Source of the DNA: Amphiscolops sp. MND2022
Lineage: Eukaryota
Direction: 5' to 3'
Length of the DNA stretch: 64,000 nucleotides
Assembly: GCA_964187785.1 (NCBI GenBank)
Contig: OZ076416.1
Span: forward strand, 54,188,001-54,252,000
The position numbers and the translations under genes were made by a program. Under the pieces are notes generated by a model, which saw nothing but the letters and a program-made list of their open reading frames with translations, did not search any database and had not been told where the DNA came from. This document shows, piece after piece, positions 32,177-45,689 of the stretch (positions are counted from its first letter, which is position 1; every line of letters starts with the position of its first letter).

Positions 32177-34619
32177 GTAACCGTCACCTTGGGTGCCAAA
32201 AAGCGACCTCAAGAACCCAACTACCCGAGAGAACAAAAAGCTAAGAAGAGTGTTTCTAAAAAGAGTTCTGTTCAGAAGAACCGGCAAGCAGAAGTGACAG
32301 CTGCTGAAGTCTCACAGGAACCGGTCACCGATACACCTGCCAGGAAAAAATGCCCTAAATGCAAGAAAAAGTTCACGAACATTTCCAACCATTTGAGAAA
32401 GTCGACTGCATGCAGATCAGTGCTGACAGAACCGTCTTTTTTGAAGGAACGAAAATGCAGATTCTGTCACGAAGCTGGATTTCGCTTTCAAACTGTGCGG
32501 GACACGAAACGGCATTACAGAAAACTTCATGACTCAACTTGCTCTGAGTGTTTCGAGAAATTTCACAATGCCCGAGATAGAGAGGAACACGAAATCGATG
32601 TGCACCGTATTCTGTATTCATTAGACAGCGATTCTGAATATGAAAATACCGATGCATCATGCGTGGACTCTCAAACGTCCTCGTCGAAAAACAAGGCAGC
32701 CAAAAAAGTATCGACCACAGCCACTTCTAGTTCTTCCAACAGACCTCCGTTGCCCAAGGTCAAAATATCATCGAAATCTTCTCCGTCGAAAACTGCCTCA
32801 GAGCCAAAAGAGTATACACTGACCTTCTTAAACACCTTGCCATCCTCCCTGGAAAGTCTTGTAGAGACCACAACAATCCCATCAACAAAGTCACCAGAGA
32901 CCTCATCTTCTTTTGAAACACCCGTGCCTGTACAACCCAAATTTCCTGTACGTCTCTGTAAAGCAGACAAAAGTGCTCCATCTTTCGACAAATGTGAAAG
33001 CCTTCAGTATAGTGCTTCAAATTTGGAAGCGGAATTAGCCAAAGAATCAGCCCGAATTCTTCCCTTGTTTTTTACCCAGCCTGCCAAAAATACATGTTCG
33101 TCAATGGTCTACGAGTCAAATGCTTCAAGAAAATGTTCTGTTGAGCCCCCGGTTGTTAATCAAACTGCTGGTTCCGAAACAATTTTTGAAGAGGCGGAAG
33201 AAATACCCGAGACCAAGCCTCAAAGTGCTCCTTATGAAACAGTTAAGTTTTTGAAGGCAAAATATAATAAACGTTCTCTGGTTGTCTTCAAACCTCCTCC
33301 TGAAGCGACACTGAATTCCCCGATACCCCCTCCTGCAAATGAGGAAGTTTCAGATATGCCACCTGAAGTACCTGTTCAGGTTAATTGGAGGCAAATATCT
33401 CCGGGCGAACAGAGGTTCATCATCAAGGAGAATGCTCCACCTACAATCATCAACCCACAACCTCAACCCCAGCCTAAAATTCCAAATTCTGTAAAATTGA
33501 ACCCTAATTTCATCAATTTCTTGTCAACATACAATCCGAAGTCTGAAGCTCAAAAGAAAGCAGCTACTGGAGGAAAATCTGGGTCTTCACCAAAGACGTC
33601 GAAAGAGGCTGAAGATGAAACTTCGACGCCAAAACAACCAAGTTTCTCCACTCCTCCGACTGACTTTGTGACAATTCAAGAACATCAGGATTTAAATCAG
33701 AAACCTTCCTCGGAAGCATCGAAGTCTATCGTCATGAAAGCTAGGAAAAGTGTTACGAGTAAAAGAAAAAGGAAACAAGAGGAACAAGATAAACCGCTCA
33801 AAGACAAACCACAAGTTTCTAATGAGAAGTTAACAAAGAGGTCACTCACCTCGATTTTGGAAGACGAAAAAAACCAGCACTCGACTGTCACCGAGCCGAG
33901 TCCTGTAACCCAAAAGTTAGAAGCTGTGATAAATCCAGAAAGCTCTGTAAACTCGAACCCTGCTACGGAAAAAACGGAAATTCCTCTCCTCGAAATGCTT
34001 CTTGAGGTGTCTTCCAAAACCAGAGCTGATGCTGCCACGACTCAATTCCACGTGCCATACCCCAGAGAGTTCCCGGCTGCGCCATCTGGGAAAAGCAAGC
34101 CGAGTGCTTCTACTGACAAGGAATCTGATCCACTTTCTGAGCCAAGTTCAAGTTCTTCGACCGAAAAGGAGCCTGAAAGCAGCAGTAGCGCTGTTAACTA
34201 TTTCTTTCTGAAGAACAATGTTGAGAAAGAGAAGGAGAGTAAAAAAGTGACCCAGGTAGAGGATTCTTCGAAAAAATTGGACAAATCAATAGCTGGCCCT
34301 CAGTTGGAAACATCTCAATCTCAACGAACAGTCTCAATGGAGACACCCGAGGATCCCAGGTTGAAAAAAACGAAGCCACCACAAGTTGTCGATAAACCTT
34401 CAGTGTCTATTGCTTCTACGTCACATACCAACAACCGAGGAGTGCGCATTGAGCTCTCGAAGCCATTTGAGGTTTGCAGAGTGAAAAAAATTCTGACGGA
34501 AATTAGACGCAGTTTTGAGAAGCAGGAGCCAAAGAAACATGGAAAGCGCAAACAATTTGAGTACAACAAGGCTCTGAGACAAGTACTTGATGAACATAGA
34601 GCTTTGTCAGCCGTCCAAA
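32177..34619 (+). CDS. Host C2H2 zinc-finger protein, large exon (S/P/K-rich disordered region)
   Basis: tttcag|GTA...CAAA|gtaagt; fingers CPKC...NHLRKSTAC, CRFC...RHYRKLH, CSEC...EHEIDVH. Confidence 0.85.
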
Positions 34620-35533
34620 GTAAGTTCAGAACTTTTTTTCAAATGCTGATCCCCTGTTTTATTTTATTCAAGAAGCTTGCTTTCTTCATTCGTTTTTGTT
34701 TTTTTTCTTAAATTGTCATTCATTTATTATTTTTCATCGTAATGTGATCCCATGATACATGACCTCAAATATCTTCATAATTTCTAATTTACTTATATTC
34801 TTTGACCGATGGCATGACAGTTGACACCTCATTTATAGAGTTGACATTTCATTATTAAAGCTGACCTTTCGTTAGGAAAGTAATCTTTATAATACTTTCA
34901 TTAGAAAAGTTATTTACTTGATAATACTTTGGTGATACTTAATCATCGTGGTTGACACTTCATTATTGATGTAATTACTGTAGATTTATAATCCGAGATA
35001 ACTTAAGCTATCAACTCATCAGTTTCTCTCAGTAAAGCACTTTATAGAAAGCAGCACAGTAACTTTCGTCTGCCTACCTGAGGCGTATTGTAAAACATCT
35101 CGTTACCGGCAGCTTCTTGAGATGGTTTCTGAAAAAGGTTTCATTTGGCAAGAGCAGTGAAAGCGTTTGTTGATAAACCATGTGCTTCCATGCACGGTAC
35201 TTGTGAATTCCATGCATGGTACATGTGCATGGCTATGCTGTTTTTCGCATGAAATTGGATGCTCCATGAATTGCTTGTGCCTAATGATCTAAAAGCACAG
35301 GATTAAGATGTGTGGTTTTCTTATTATGCGAAGCTCAAAAACTTGAAACTGCTTGCTTTTTTCTAGTTTTTGAAGCTCTTTTTGAAAAAAGCGATTCCAT
35401 GCATGGAACATGGTCATTTACATGATCATGCATGGAAATGCAAAGATGTCAACACTGGAGTATTAAAAACAGGCTAGAATATTTGCGGATTCAGTGCACT
35501 GATGAAATCATGATAACATTTCTTATGTTTCAG

Positions 35534-35605
35534 TGAAAAGGCAATACAAGAAAATTGTGGAAAATACCAGGATTCAACGATTTACGAAAATCTATCCTCT
35601 GGAAC
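35534..35605 (+). CDS. Host zinc-finger gene, exon (72 bp, phase 1-1)
   Basis: tttcag|TGAAAAGG...GGAAC|gtgagt; phase-compatible with both neighbouring exons. Confidence 0.7.
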
Positions 35606-35849
35606 GTGAGTACATAATTGAAATTATTTTTCCTTCGCATCAATTGAGCTGTTAAAAATTAGAGTTGTTATTGTTCTTTGTTCTTTTATAGAGCACATAA
35701 GAAGTCTAAGATTCTTAAGAGCAAAGTCGTCTAAGGTACCAAGTCAAACTAGCTAGCTATTTCTATTTTCAAGTATCGCTGAGATCTCAGTTAGTTCTTT
35801 CTCCTAAGGGAAGACTGTTCGTCAGAGCATATTCTATTTTCTCTAAGTA

Positions 35850-36023
35850 CAGTAGAATCCGCCTAATTCGTATCACTGGGGACCGAATAAAATAGTACGA
35901 ATAGTGAGAAATACGAATTAACCGGATGATATTACTTTGGTCTTCGCGAAATGGGGGTCTCAGATACATACGAATTAAACAAAGATCCGAATTATCCGGA
36001 TACGAATTAACCGGAGTTGACTG
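35850..36023. mobile_element. TA-flanked MITE (174 bp)
   Basis: TA-cagtagaatccgcctaattcg...cgaattaaccggagttgactg-TA; inverted copy at 50588-50761. Confidence 0.85.
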
Positions 36024-37211
36024 TAGATATATTCGTAACTGTTGATACAGATATATTCGAGTTGACTGTAGATGCGTTAATAATGAGGTTATCCCAAAAT
36101 GTTGATTAAGTATTAATGAAGTTATCTTCATGTGTCATCAGTTATTAATGAAGTTATCTTCGGGTGTCATCAATCTAATCAACTTCGAAATGAAGTGACA
36201 TCTGTCTTTAGAAAAGTGGGTGACTTTCAAAGTTAGATAAATATTTGAAAGTTCTTGAGGACATGCATCATGGCATCACACAATACCTTTGAATAACTTT
36301 GAAAGGGTAAAGGTTCAAAAATTTATGAATCTTCGAAACTATTCGTTGTCAAATTTACTCAACTTGATTCACTACATAGAACTACTTCAAAATTTAAATT
36401 TCCATGACTATTTTTTTCAGACTCCTACTCAAATTATTGCAACGCACTGAATCGACGCCGTGGAATTTACGATGGCTCCAATCTGCAGTCAACTAGTGGT
36501 TTGTAGACTACATTTCATGATCATTTTAGCTCTTATAACCAGTGAATTGACACCGGTACTTGTACTGGAAAGCATAAATTTTGTAATTTGCAATTGAATT
36601 CGATAATACCACTGTAACCCTGGCCAAAATCGGAAACAATCTTGGTGTTTTATGTGAAGGAAAGAAAAATTTTGTTTCAAAGTTTTTCGCAACTGTAATC
36701 GGCTGTCTTTGTTATTGAGTGTATCGGAGTAGTGTATAAACACAAATTAATTTGGTGTAAGTTTATTACAAAGCAAAAGATATTCACTATTTACGTTCAC
36801 TCGAATGATGGTGGTTGAAAATGGGACTCAGATTTCCATGCGTTAAAATTATGTCAAAATTTTGTTGAAATATGCGCTAAAAATAAAGGAATATGCCTTA
36901 AGTAAGCGTAAAAACAGTATTTTTACTCACAAAATTTTAAAATTCAAATTGATCAAAAGTTTTTGGTTTTCTTCATATACAGTCTCGTGCCAAAAGACAC
37001 ATGAAAGGTGTTTCAAGTTTTCAAGGGTAAGAGAAATTCTTTGTGGGGTTTGTGTCTGTCCCAGTTCTGAGAAAACTCATTCTATGTTGGCCAAACTCAT
37101 AGGTGCATATCGATAAACTGTAGTATCTAATGATGACACATCAGAACTGACTTGTTCGCTTTTCAGAACTTCAGCAAAATCTTCCAAAAAAATTTAGATC
37201 AGGATTTCGGA

Positions 37212-37457
37212 TCAGAACAGCATCAAGTTTCTTGTCGCAATCGTCTTAACATTCGATGCTTTGTAATCGAAGCTATTTATACATAACTTGCACACAAGTT
37301 TTTCACTGAGCTGATCATAATTCCAGTTTTGTGTACCACCAGGCAATGTTTTTACGTAGTTAGAATCATGCAGTTCGTGTTTTGGCATTTTGGTAAAAGC
37401 GATAATTTGAGAACACCTCAGTCGAACCTGCCGGAAAGTTTTCCATGTTGCATCCAT
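37212..37457 (-). pseudogene. Possible BED-finger / DNA-transposase remnant
   Basis: WNYDQLSEKLVCKLCINSFDY resembles a BED-type CxxC; no further domains recognised. Confidence 0.3.
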
Positions 37458-39003
37458 GCATGAATTCTAATTTTTGGTAAACATAGAAAATACTGAAAGT
37501 ACGCATGGCGAAATTTTGTGGGACCACAATGCAGTTTCCACTATTTCAAATAAAATTGAAAACATTTCCACTTCTTCACCGCCGCGCTCACTTTGTTTTC
37601 ACGCGTAAGTTTCTCAAGTAAGTATACATACCTTAGGTTATCACCGTTAGTCAAATAGCGCACTGAATATGACGCTACTTTGAAACTTATTGTGTGGCTG
37701 AAGTTTATTTGCATTGAAATTGCGGTAAAATGATTGAGGTCAGCTGCTTTCAAAATTAAAATGAACTTTAATGAAACCTGCAAAACTTGGAATTGCAAAA
37801 CTTGTCTCGGAATTGCCGCCAAATTTAAGATGCATTTTAATGACAGCTTGATAAAACTAAATTAATTGAATCAGTGAAATTTTAGTGCATTGAAGTCTCC
37901 TTGATAATTCTATAAAATCATGAAAAATTAGCTTGGTAACCTACAAAAACTTTTAAAAAGTTCAAGCAGTTTCAACCAGGGCAAACAAGAGAGCGCCAGG
38001 AACGAAAGAACAAAGCAATGCCAGACAGCCAGGCACCAGCTCAGTGTTTGCTCAGTCAATTGTTCCCGCACATTTTACATGCATATTCCTGAACTTGAAT
38101 GATCCATGCATTGTAATCGGATGTCAATTAAGCCTGAATATGCGTTAAGTTCATGAAAAAATGCGTAAAAATAAGTTATGGCTAAGTATGCGTAATTTGA
38201 GGTCATGTATCGTGGTATCACAATAAAAACATGCGTTATGAGATTTTCACATAAAGCGTGGTTGAAATTACTCGAACTCGTTAGTTTCTACATTCTTCGT
38301 TGCGAGGCAATGTTCTCAAGAGTGGCCACGCATAAGATACAAAATGAACTTCCTATGATAGCGACAGTGCATCGACTCAGTTTAAGTTTGATTTTTCAGT
38401 TCAAATTTCTAAGGAAAAACCGGTTGGTCAGTTTGCTTGAGCTCGCTTCCTTATAATCTAACTGATTAACTAATCTTTTTTTCTAATGTGTGCGGACGCA
38501 TGAGTGCTTGTTGAAAATAGTTGGCTGGTTCCATGGAACCGTATCGGGTCAAGTGGGGCGCATTCTGCATCATTCGGGCGCGGATTGAGGTGACGTCATC
38601 GTAGGGCAGACTAAAACGTTTTAAAAAACGGAGAATTTTGAAGTCTTTAGGTAATTTGAGTCATTTTGAGACCCTTTTCCAACAAACGTTTCGGATTTCT
38701 CAGAAAAAACTAACTCTTCTTGGTTAGTTGGCTCTTTCGTCTTGGAACTTTTTGGATTTTCTAACCCATGAAAATATTTGAAAACTGTACAAAAGTTACA
38801 TGAAGTTTGAAAAATTTGAATATCGCACGAAATTGAATTTATAGAACTTTTTGTATTTTATTTGCCATGGAAATATGGGCTGAAAATAACATTAGATTCC
38901 GATAAAAGGGCTCAATTATTTGAGAAATCAACGGATTCATTATATCGGCCATAACTGGTTAATTGGGTATGATATTATAACGAGAAAGAAGGAATTGTTT
39001 CAG

Positions 39004-39490
39004 GGGTGAAGTCTTCTCGTCAGGTCAAATATAAGGTCACTGAATTGTTTGAGACAAAGAATGTCTCGGAATCAAATCCTCCTTTGCCTACAAGTTCGGG
39101 AGCAAAGATTATTCCACCAAAACCTCCTCCTTTGGACCTCTACCAGTTTCAAACTCCCAAAGTTTCGTGTGGTTCAGCTACAGTGCCTGGGTTTTCACCC
39201 ATGGTGTCCAAAAAGCCAAACGGAGACCCACGAAATCGGCTTTCGTATTGTGGAAGTTCATTGTCAGCTACAGACTCGCATGTAGAATCTATTTATACCA
39301 GAGCTACGATGGTAACACCCACTAAGGATGAACCTGACCAATCCAGGGTCGTAGTAACTCCAACTTTGGACGAGCCACCTGTTGAAGAGCCTCCGCCTTT
39401 GAAGAAAGTCAGAATGAATCTAGTTCAAGAATGCAAGAAGAATAAAGAAGCTTCTGTAAGCATTAACGATGCCAACAACAACCTCAAGAA
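39004..39490 (+). CDS. Host zinc-finger gene, exon (phase 1-2)
   Basis: tttcag|GGGTG...AAGAA|gtaagt; P/S/K-rich open frame continuing the upstream exons. Confidence 0.7.
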
Positions 39491-40199
39491 GTAAGTTTGC
39501 TTGTTCATTTGTTGATCACTGGTGCAGAAAATCATTCATTAAATTTGCCTTGTCTCAACGAAGTTTCGACTCCTAGAGTTTCAGAGCAAAATTTACCTAA
39601 ACGAGGGAAACCTAGATGTTGTATGACTAATTAAAGTTTTCATTTATTGCGAGTAGCGAAAAGTCTATTCCTGATTTACGTCTGATTTTAGTCAATTCCT
39701 CTCTCATTACTCAGCACTTAAACCTGATTGAGCAAATTCACTCCAATTTTTAACTACTGACATTCATTGACTCATAGTGAACCAGCGCCACCGTGGAAAA
39801 TTTCCCTTTCGCAAATAAATTTGTCCGTTATTCTATCCCAAGCACAAACATCCCGAGATCTTTTTCTGACCACCGTCAGCCGTCTTACCACTATCGACTG
39901 TCGTCTGATAATCCCAAACCGATGCTAAAGCGTTGCGAAACTGAAATTACCTTCGTTTTCGGATTGTTACCGTTGATTTTAGTCGAACTATGAAACACGC
40001 CTTTTTTACTACCATCGAGCCCAATATATTTAACGAAATCCTAAGTACCAAGTGAAATAGGTTCGGTTTCAAGACTCCGCAACAGTGTCAATTCCTTCCC
40101 TAGTAGTGCACAGATGCTTCTTTTTCCGACCGCTATTCAGGGTTTTGACATCGCTATTTTTTCGCTAAACCGCTAATTAGTGGTGTCAAGACTCTGTTT

Positions 40200-41800
40200 G
40201 CGTCCTTGTTATCATTTTTTCTCAGTATTGACAGCAAAAACGGCTGTAGTCGTCTTCCGCCCTCCGCAGCCATAATACCTCATCCCGCGTTTCTTCAACC
40301 CCACTGACTTTGGGAATCCTTAGTATAGCCATGCATATAGCATACAATTTTGACCTCACTGCATCTATGCCTTGTGGTTAGGTCTCGATTAGTCTTCCCC
40401 GCCTGAAACGCGCCTTCTTCCGAGCTTGTACCTCGGCGTTATTGTAGCTGAATGTGCCTGTCGTCCCCGCTTTTCCCCGAAGAGCCACCCCCTTGCACAA
40501 GCTAAGCTTTTCCCAATTCCGTTACCGTTAGCCATTGTAGTTTCTACCTAGTTGGCCGCAGCATTATCCTTTTTTGCCAAACTGCGTCGAAATATATCTC
40601 CGTTCATCGTCAAAAACCCGGTAGATACACACGATACTGTTTACATCCCACATCGTCCAATGTTTTTCCGAACAAAAGTCCGTTTGTTTTCTTGCCCACC
40701 TTCGATTAGTTCATACCTGAAAAGTTCCCTACTTATAACTTGCGTCCGTCCATCCCTTGCGAACCAAATCCCTCTTTGATTTTATTTGCACCCCGATTCA
40801 CGTCCGTTTATAGAACCTGTTAGTGGTCCATTGCTTGAGTTCGCGCAATATAACAAATCCTATAGTTGCAGTGTTTCCCATCATGCACAGTAGAAAAAAA
40901 GTTAATTCCCCATTACCGCAGGGTTAGTTCTGCTTTTCTAAGTCGGCGCCCTTAGCAGATACTATCTCCCCATAGCAAGCTCTGGTACCATATTTGCAGC
41001 CAAGTGGTGAAGTAATGGTCAGCTTGAAGCTGTGATTTTTAACCAATAAACTATGCTCCCCACTACACGATGCTCCCCTTCGTAGTTCGAAGCCCCGTAC
41101 AAAGTATTTGAGAACTTTCTGTAAAATAATACTTTTTAAAAATCTTTTTTCTCAAACACTCCCCGAATATTTGCCCTAACATCCCCTCTCATGACTTTGT
41201 CTTGACTTTTTGCAGACTTTTTGTTCCTGACGCTGCTTCGATTGCCCAAGTTCCCTTTACCTAACGTGCATATGAGTACCTCGTCTACGGTAAATCCTGA
41301 ACCAAACTTATTGGTCTTTTCATTGATTTCGTTCCCCGATAACCATCATGTGATATTTCCACACAGCTTATCAGGAACCATAAAAATGAACCCAACCCAA
41401 GTTCCGTCGGTGTCCCGAACCCCAAACTCCCACATCCACCGATCAGTTTTCAGATCCTCTTCAACTTCAAAGAATTCTGTTTTGTTGTCCTCTGTGAATT
41501 TGCTGCACGCCGCATTTCCATCCTCCGTGTATTTTTCAAAGAAGAAAGACATTTCAACTTTTTGCGTAAAATCTATGTTTTGTTTCCACTCAGTATCACA
41601 TAAACCCTCAAGCTCATGTGACAATCGCGTAATGCAGAAAAGTCGAACTGACCAAACCCACGATGCCTACGCGTTCGGAATGACCACCTTCTTGGTGAAA
41701 CACCAGGAGTTACAGCTTAAAATTATTTACGAAGACTTGCAAAATTCCCCTGAGTATAGATGTTTTTAACCGCCGAGATCGGTTCGCTTACGATGAAAGT
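40200..41800 (-). pseudogene. Decayed coding-like segment of unknown origin
   Basis: Higher GC than flanks; protein-like fragments broken by stops and frameshifts (e.g. the 41346-41624 ORF). Confidence 0.3.
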
Positions 41801-44800
41801 AATTTTTTTTCAAGATCCTTTTGAAGATGCTAAAGTCGTCTGCCCACACTGCGATCTCAAGGTCGTAAAAACGTCACAAACCCCCCCCCATTAATTGAGA
41901 AGTTCCGCAAATCGATTTTTGATACCGACGTATCCCACGGAAATTTTCCAACATTTACCTGACTTCAAAGACACCAACGTCTCTTCAAACATCGGATGAA
42001 AATTTCGTTCGTTCCAAGTAGTGAAATGACGTGTTATTCACATTTTTGGAGTTCGTCTATCGTTTGCGCTGTATGCTGGGTACTTCATAAAGCTAATTAG
42101 AGATAACAACGCATTGCTTGTTGTCCATTATCAAGTAGCAGTATTAACCACAATCGCTAGCTCCAAATACTTTTCGTAAAGACTTCAAAAAATAACCCTC
42201 TCTCACACGGCATATTGATTAATCACTTTCGTTTTTCACTCGCGCCAATGTCAAACTTACAAAACCAATGAACACGAGTTCTTGCGTTTGAATTTCTGAA
42301 GCTTTTTGGACTGATTGGAATTCAATGCCAGTACTTGCCAGTTTAATAGTTTCTTTGACTGATATCCAGATTTTTTACAACTCTATCCCAATAATGCAAT
42401 CTGATGGCGAAAGTTAACAAGCTCTGTACCCCAATCACTATGATTTGAATTTATTTTTTTTCTTCAGGGTTTTAGCTGAAAATTCTAAACTTTTCCATTT
42501 AACTCAATGTTTAACTCAATCTAGCAGTTGGCAATGTAGTTTGTCGGCGCCAGGTAATTATTCTCAGAGAAGACAGTTTCAATGCATCACAGCAACGACT
42601 GATTGACTGTAGCTTCAACGGCATGTTCAAACTTCCAGAAAGATGTTTTGGGCTCAAGAAAGACACGAAATTCTGTAGACAATGGACCCTCCTCTGTTTA
42701 TTTCTTATTCAGAATCAAACAGCTGCTGAAAAGTCAAATGCTGAAAATGATGAATATATCGTTGCTCGGGGAAATGGAAAAGTTATTTTCTTTGGCACTT
42801 TAGGTCATAGCGCTAAAACAATATTTCTTCTGGTTGGCACATTTTCTGAAGCAGCGATTTGTTTTGGTCTTAGCTAGGTATCCTTACGGTATTACAACTG
42901 ATTAGGCTTTGAAGGAAAATGACGATTCGAAAGTAGCGAATTTTTTTCTTGTTTTGCTTTTGTAATGCCATTAATGACATGCCCCTTATGTGCCTTCCTT
43001 TTTGAAGAATTGGATTTCCTCTTTGGTAAATGAAATCACCTTTTCTCTTAGGAGCAATTACACTGGTGGATTTAGAGGTTCAAATACTTTCGGAACGGAA
43101 TAGTTGGAGCTACTGAACGATTTTGACTGGAAAGCCAGTTAGCTTTTAAAGACGAACTATAAGTTCTGGGATGAAAGACCTTCCTGCTTAAGTAATGTAT
43201 TCCAAGCCAGCAATTCTCCCCAGAAAGAAAAATATCGTGGTCTGGAGAAAAAGACTAGTCACCGTAATGGTCGGGTGCATTTTTTAAAATGCGGCAACTG
43301 ATAAAAACAACAAAGAATTCTTATGGCCCCTTATGATACTTCAAAGCTCAGACGGAGCAGCAGGCCATACGAGGGCAAGTATGACGAATCTAATTTTGTA
43401 TCTTTGTCCTTTGCGGGTTCCAATCATATTTTACTCAACTCAGTTTCGAAAAGCGTGCCCAGTAAGAGGTAGTAGTTGTGTTCTGGTTCTGTATTTTCAA
43501 TCCATTATTGATATTTTCATGCCATTGCATGTAATAGATTGTTTGAGGGAATTGGGAATTCTGTTTGGAAGAAAAATATTCAAATTCTATAAATTTTGGA
43601 ATCTAATCAATCAAGCAAAAAAACGGGTTTTTCCCAACCAAGGCTATCCGTCAAACATTTGATATTAGTAACTCATAGACCCTAATTACAATGGACTCGA
43701 AATTACACTCGACTTTACAATCGGATATGGATTATCTTTATCCTTAACTCATTATTCCAATCTGGACAATTCTAACCACACAAAATCTCGTTTTTGTCAA
43801 TGTATACATCACATTGACAGCTTCTCTGCTGATTATAATTTTGTTGGAGCAATTAGGTAACGGGATTACCAACAAGCCACACTATTTGCTAAATGTCTTA
43901 ACCTTAAGGTGACCAATAAAATTCTGGATCCATCCAAAAATTGGGTGTTTAAACTTTAAACCAATATCTTCTAATCTATTCAAGCCCGACAAACACTTTT
44001 CAGCGCGTTCGCAAGAAGACAATCAGGGCTTTGAATTAGATTTTTGAACTGCTGGACTGGTGGCCCGCTAGCGTGGGCCCATTGCCTGCAAAATTTTTTG
44101 TGCGAAGTCTTCCGCTGGGGCGTGGCTTCGCCGCACTGGATACGGACTTTGCGCCAAAACTTTGCACGCTTCGTGTCTCTGACTGCATTTCAGCATGCTT
44201 GAAATCATGCTAGGCCCAATCTTGTCTCAGTGGGATAAAGTGGCAACAAACGAAAACCGGAAAACTGAAAAATCTGCGCTCGATTTTTTGATTTTTTTGG
44301 TCCCGTTTTCTTGATTTCCGGGACATCAAATCAATATTCCGTGAAAAGGCGCCTAATGCTATGCAGTATCGTCTGAAAATCGTTTTCAAGAGTTTTCTTT
44401 ACCAACAGCTGGTGCGTTTAAAATTTGCAGAAACTAAATATGCGAAATTCGTCACAGTGGTCAACTTAAGGTTAAATTGAACCAATATTGGAGGAATCAT
44501 CAGGATGCTTTATTAGGAGGTCTCCGCTTTATGATTGAGTGCAGTTCAGGTCAACGTGGCTAGACAAATTTGTTCGAACTTATTCCAATTGTTTCAGTTC
44601 TTTCACAATATTTGGTCAGTAGAAACTCATATCCACTGACTTGATTTGTCGTTGAACTTATCAAAAAGTACATGTTACTTTGAAGTATTCAAAATTTTAT
44701 TATTCCTCTCAGAAAGACGTGAAAATATGTTGATTTTATTCATGACGTCTCAGTTGGCAAAAATGATACGGTTTACAACCGTTGGAGAATTGGTAATTTA

Positions 44801-44829
44801 TGAATCCTTTCGAAAGTGTCAGTAAAACA

Positions 44830-45510
44830 TCTAACAAACGGCCTAAGTTGACGACCGCTCAAGGCTCAAACAGAGTGAAATGCTATAACTATGCTGAAGG
44901 ACTCTTGTAAATATTTTAAAATCAAATTTACAGTGCCAAAAATACCCAACGGATACCCATAAGACTCGAAAACCGTTTTCCTTAACTCGAAACATCGAAA
45001 ATACTATTTTTGAACAAAATGGAACTTTTCTTTCGGAAAAATTCTCATAGTGCCGAAAACCCCAAACGGAGACCCATTTCAAAAACGAAGATACCATTTT
45101 ACGGAAAGAGAACTGTTCCGAAATAACGCGCACAGTACCGAAAAAAAACTGAGAGGACAATTCGGATATAACGTCAAAATTTTGATATTGCGCTATAATT
45201 TTGAACCTCCCTTCCTCCTTAGGAAAACAATTTACTTCGGAGATAGCATCAAAAATTCGGATGTCGGGCAATATTTTAAAACCTTTGCCTCCTCTTTGGT
45301 GAAACGCAATTTACTTTGGATGTAACGTAAAAAGTTTGGATACAGCCTGCTACGCCACATCGGAGCGTTTTTCCGAACCTCCACCTCCTCCTTATTAAAG
45401 TGCAACTTACTTCGAATATAACGTCAAAATTCAGATATAGCGAGTATAAAAAGACGGAACAGTATAGCAACTTATAAAAAGCCTATAGAATCTGTCAGTT
45501 CGCCGGTCTT
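44830..45510. repeat. Diverged member of the HINE-like family
   Basis: aacggcctaagttgacgaccgctcaaggctcaaa end; cagtgccgaaaa subrepeats; 45470-45500 matches the reverse complement of 50935-50980. Confidence 0.5.
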
Positions 45511-45689
45511 TTTAGGTTCCGAAGCAGCGTGCTAATTCCCCGTACCAAGCTGTCGTAGACACCAGAGAAGAAATGGCAGTGAAACCACTTTTTAGTCTAC
45601 TCTTTCTGGAAAAAAGAACCAATACTGTATGTTAAAACCAGCGAACTGACTGTGTTGTTAACATTTTTTGGAACAAGGTGAGCAGGAAT

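Noticed and set aside
40138-40196. 59-bp mini hAT MITE related to 31800-32143
   Set aside because: TIR-like ends present but no 8-bp TSD; not called as a separate insertion
42468-42877. Further exons of the zinc-finger gene
   Set aside because: Splice sites and frames could not be joined consistently; no recognisable motif
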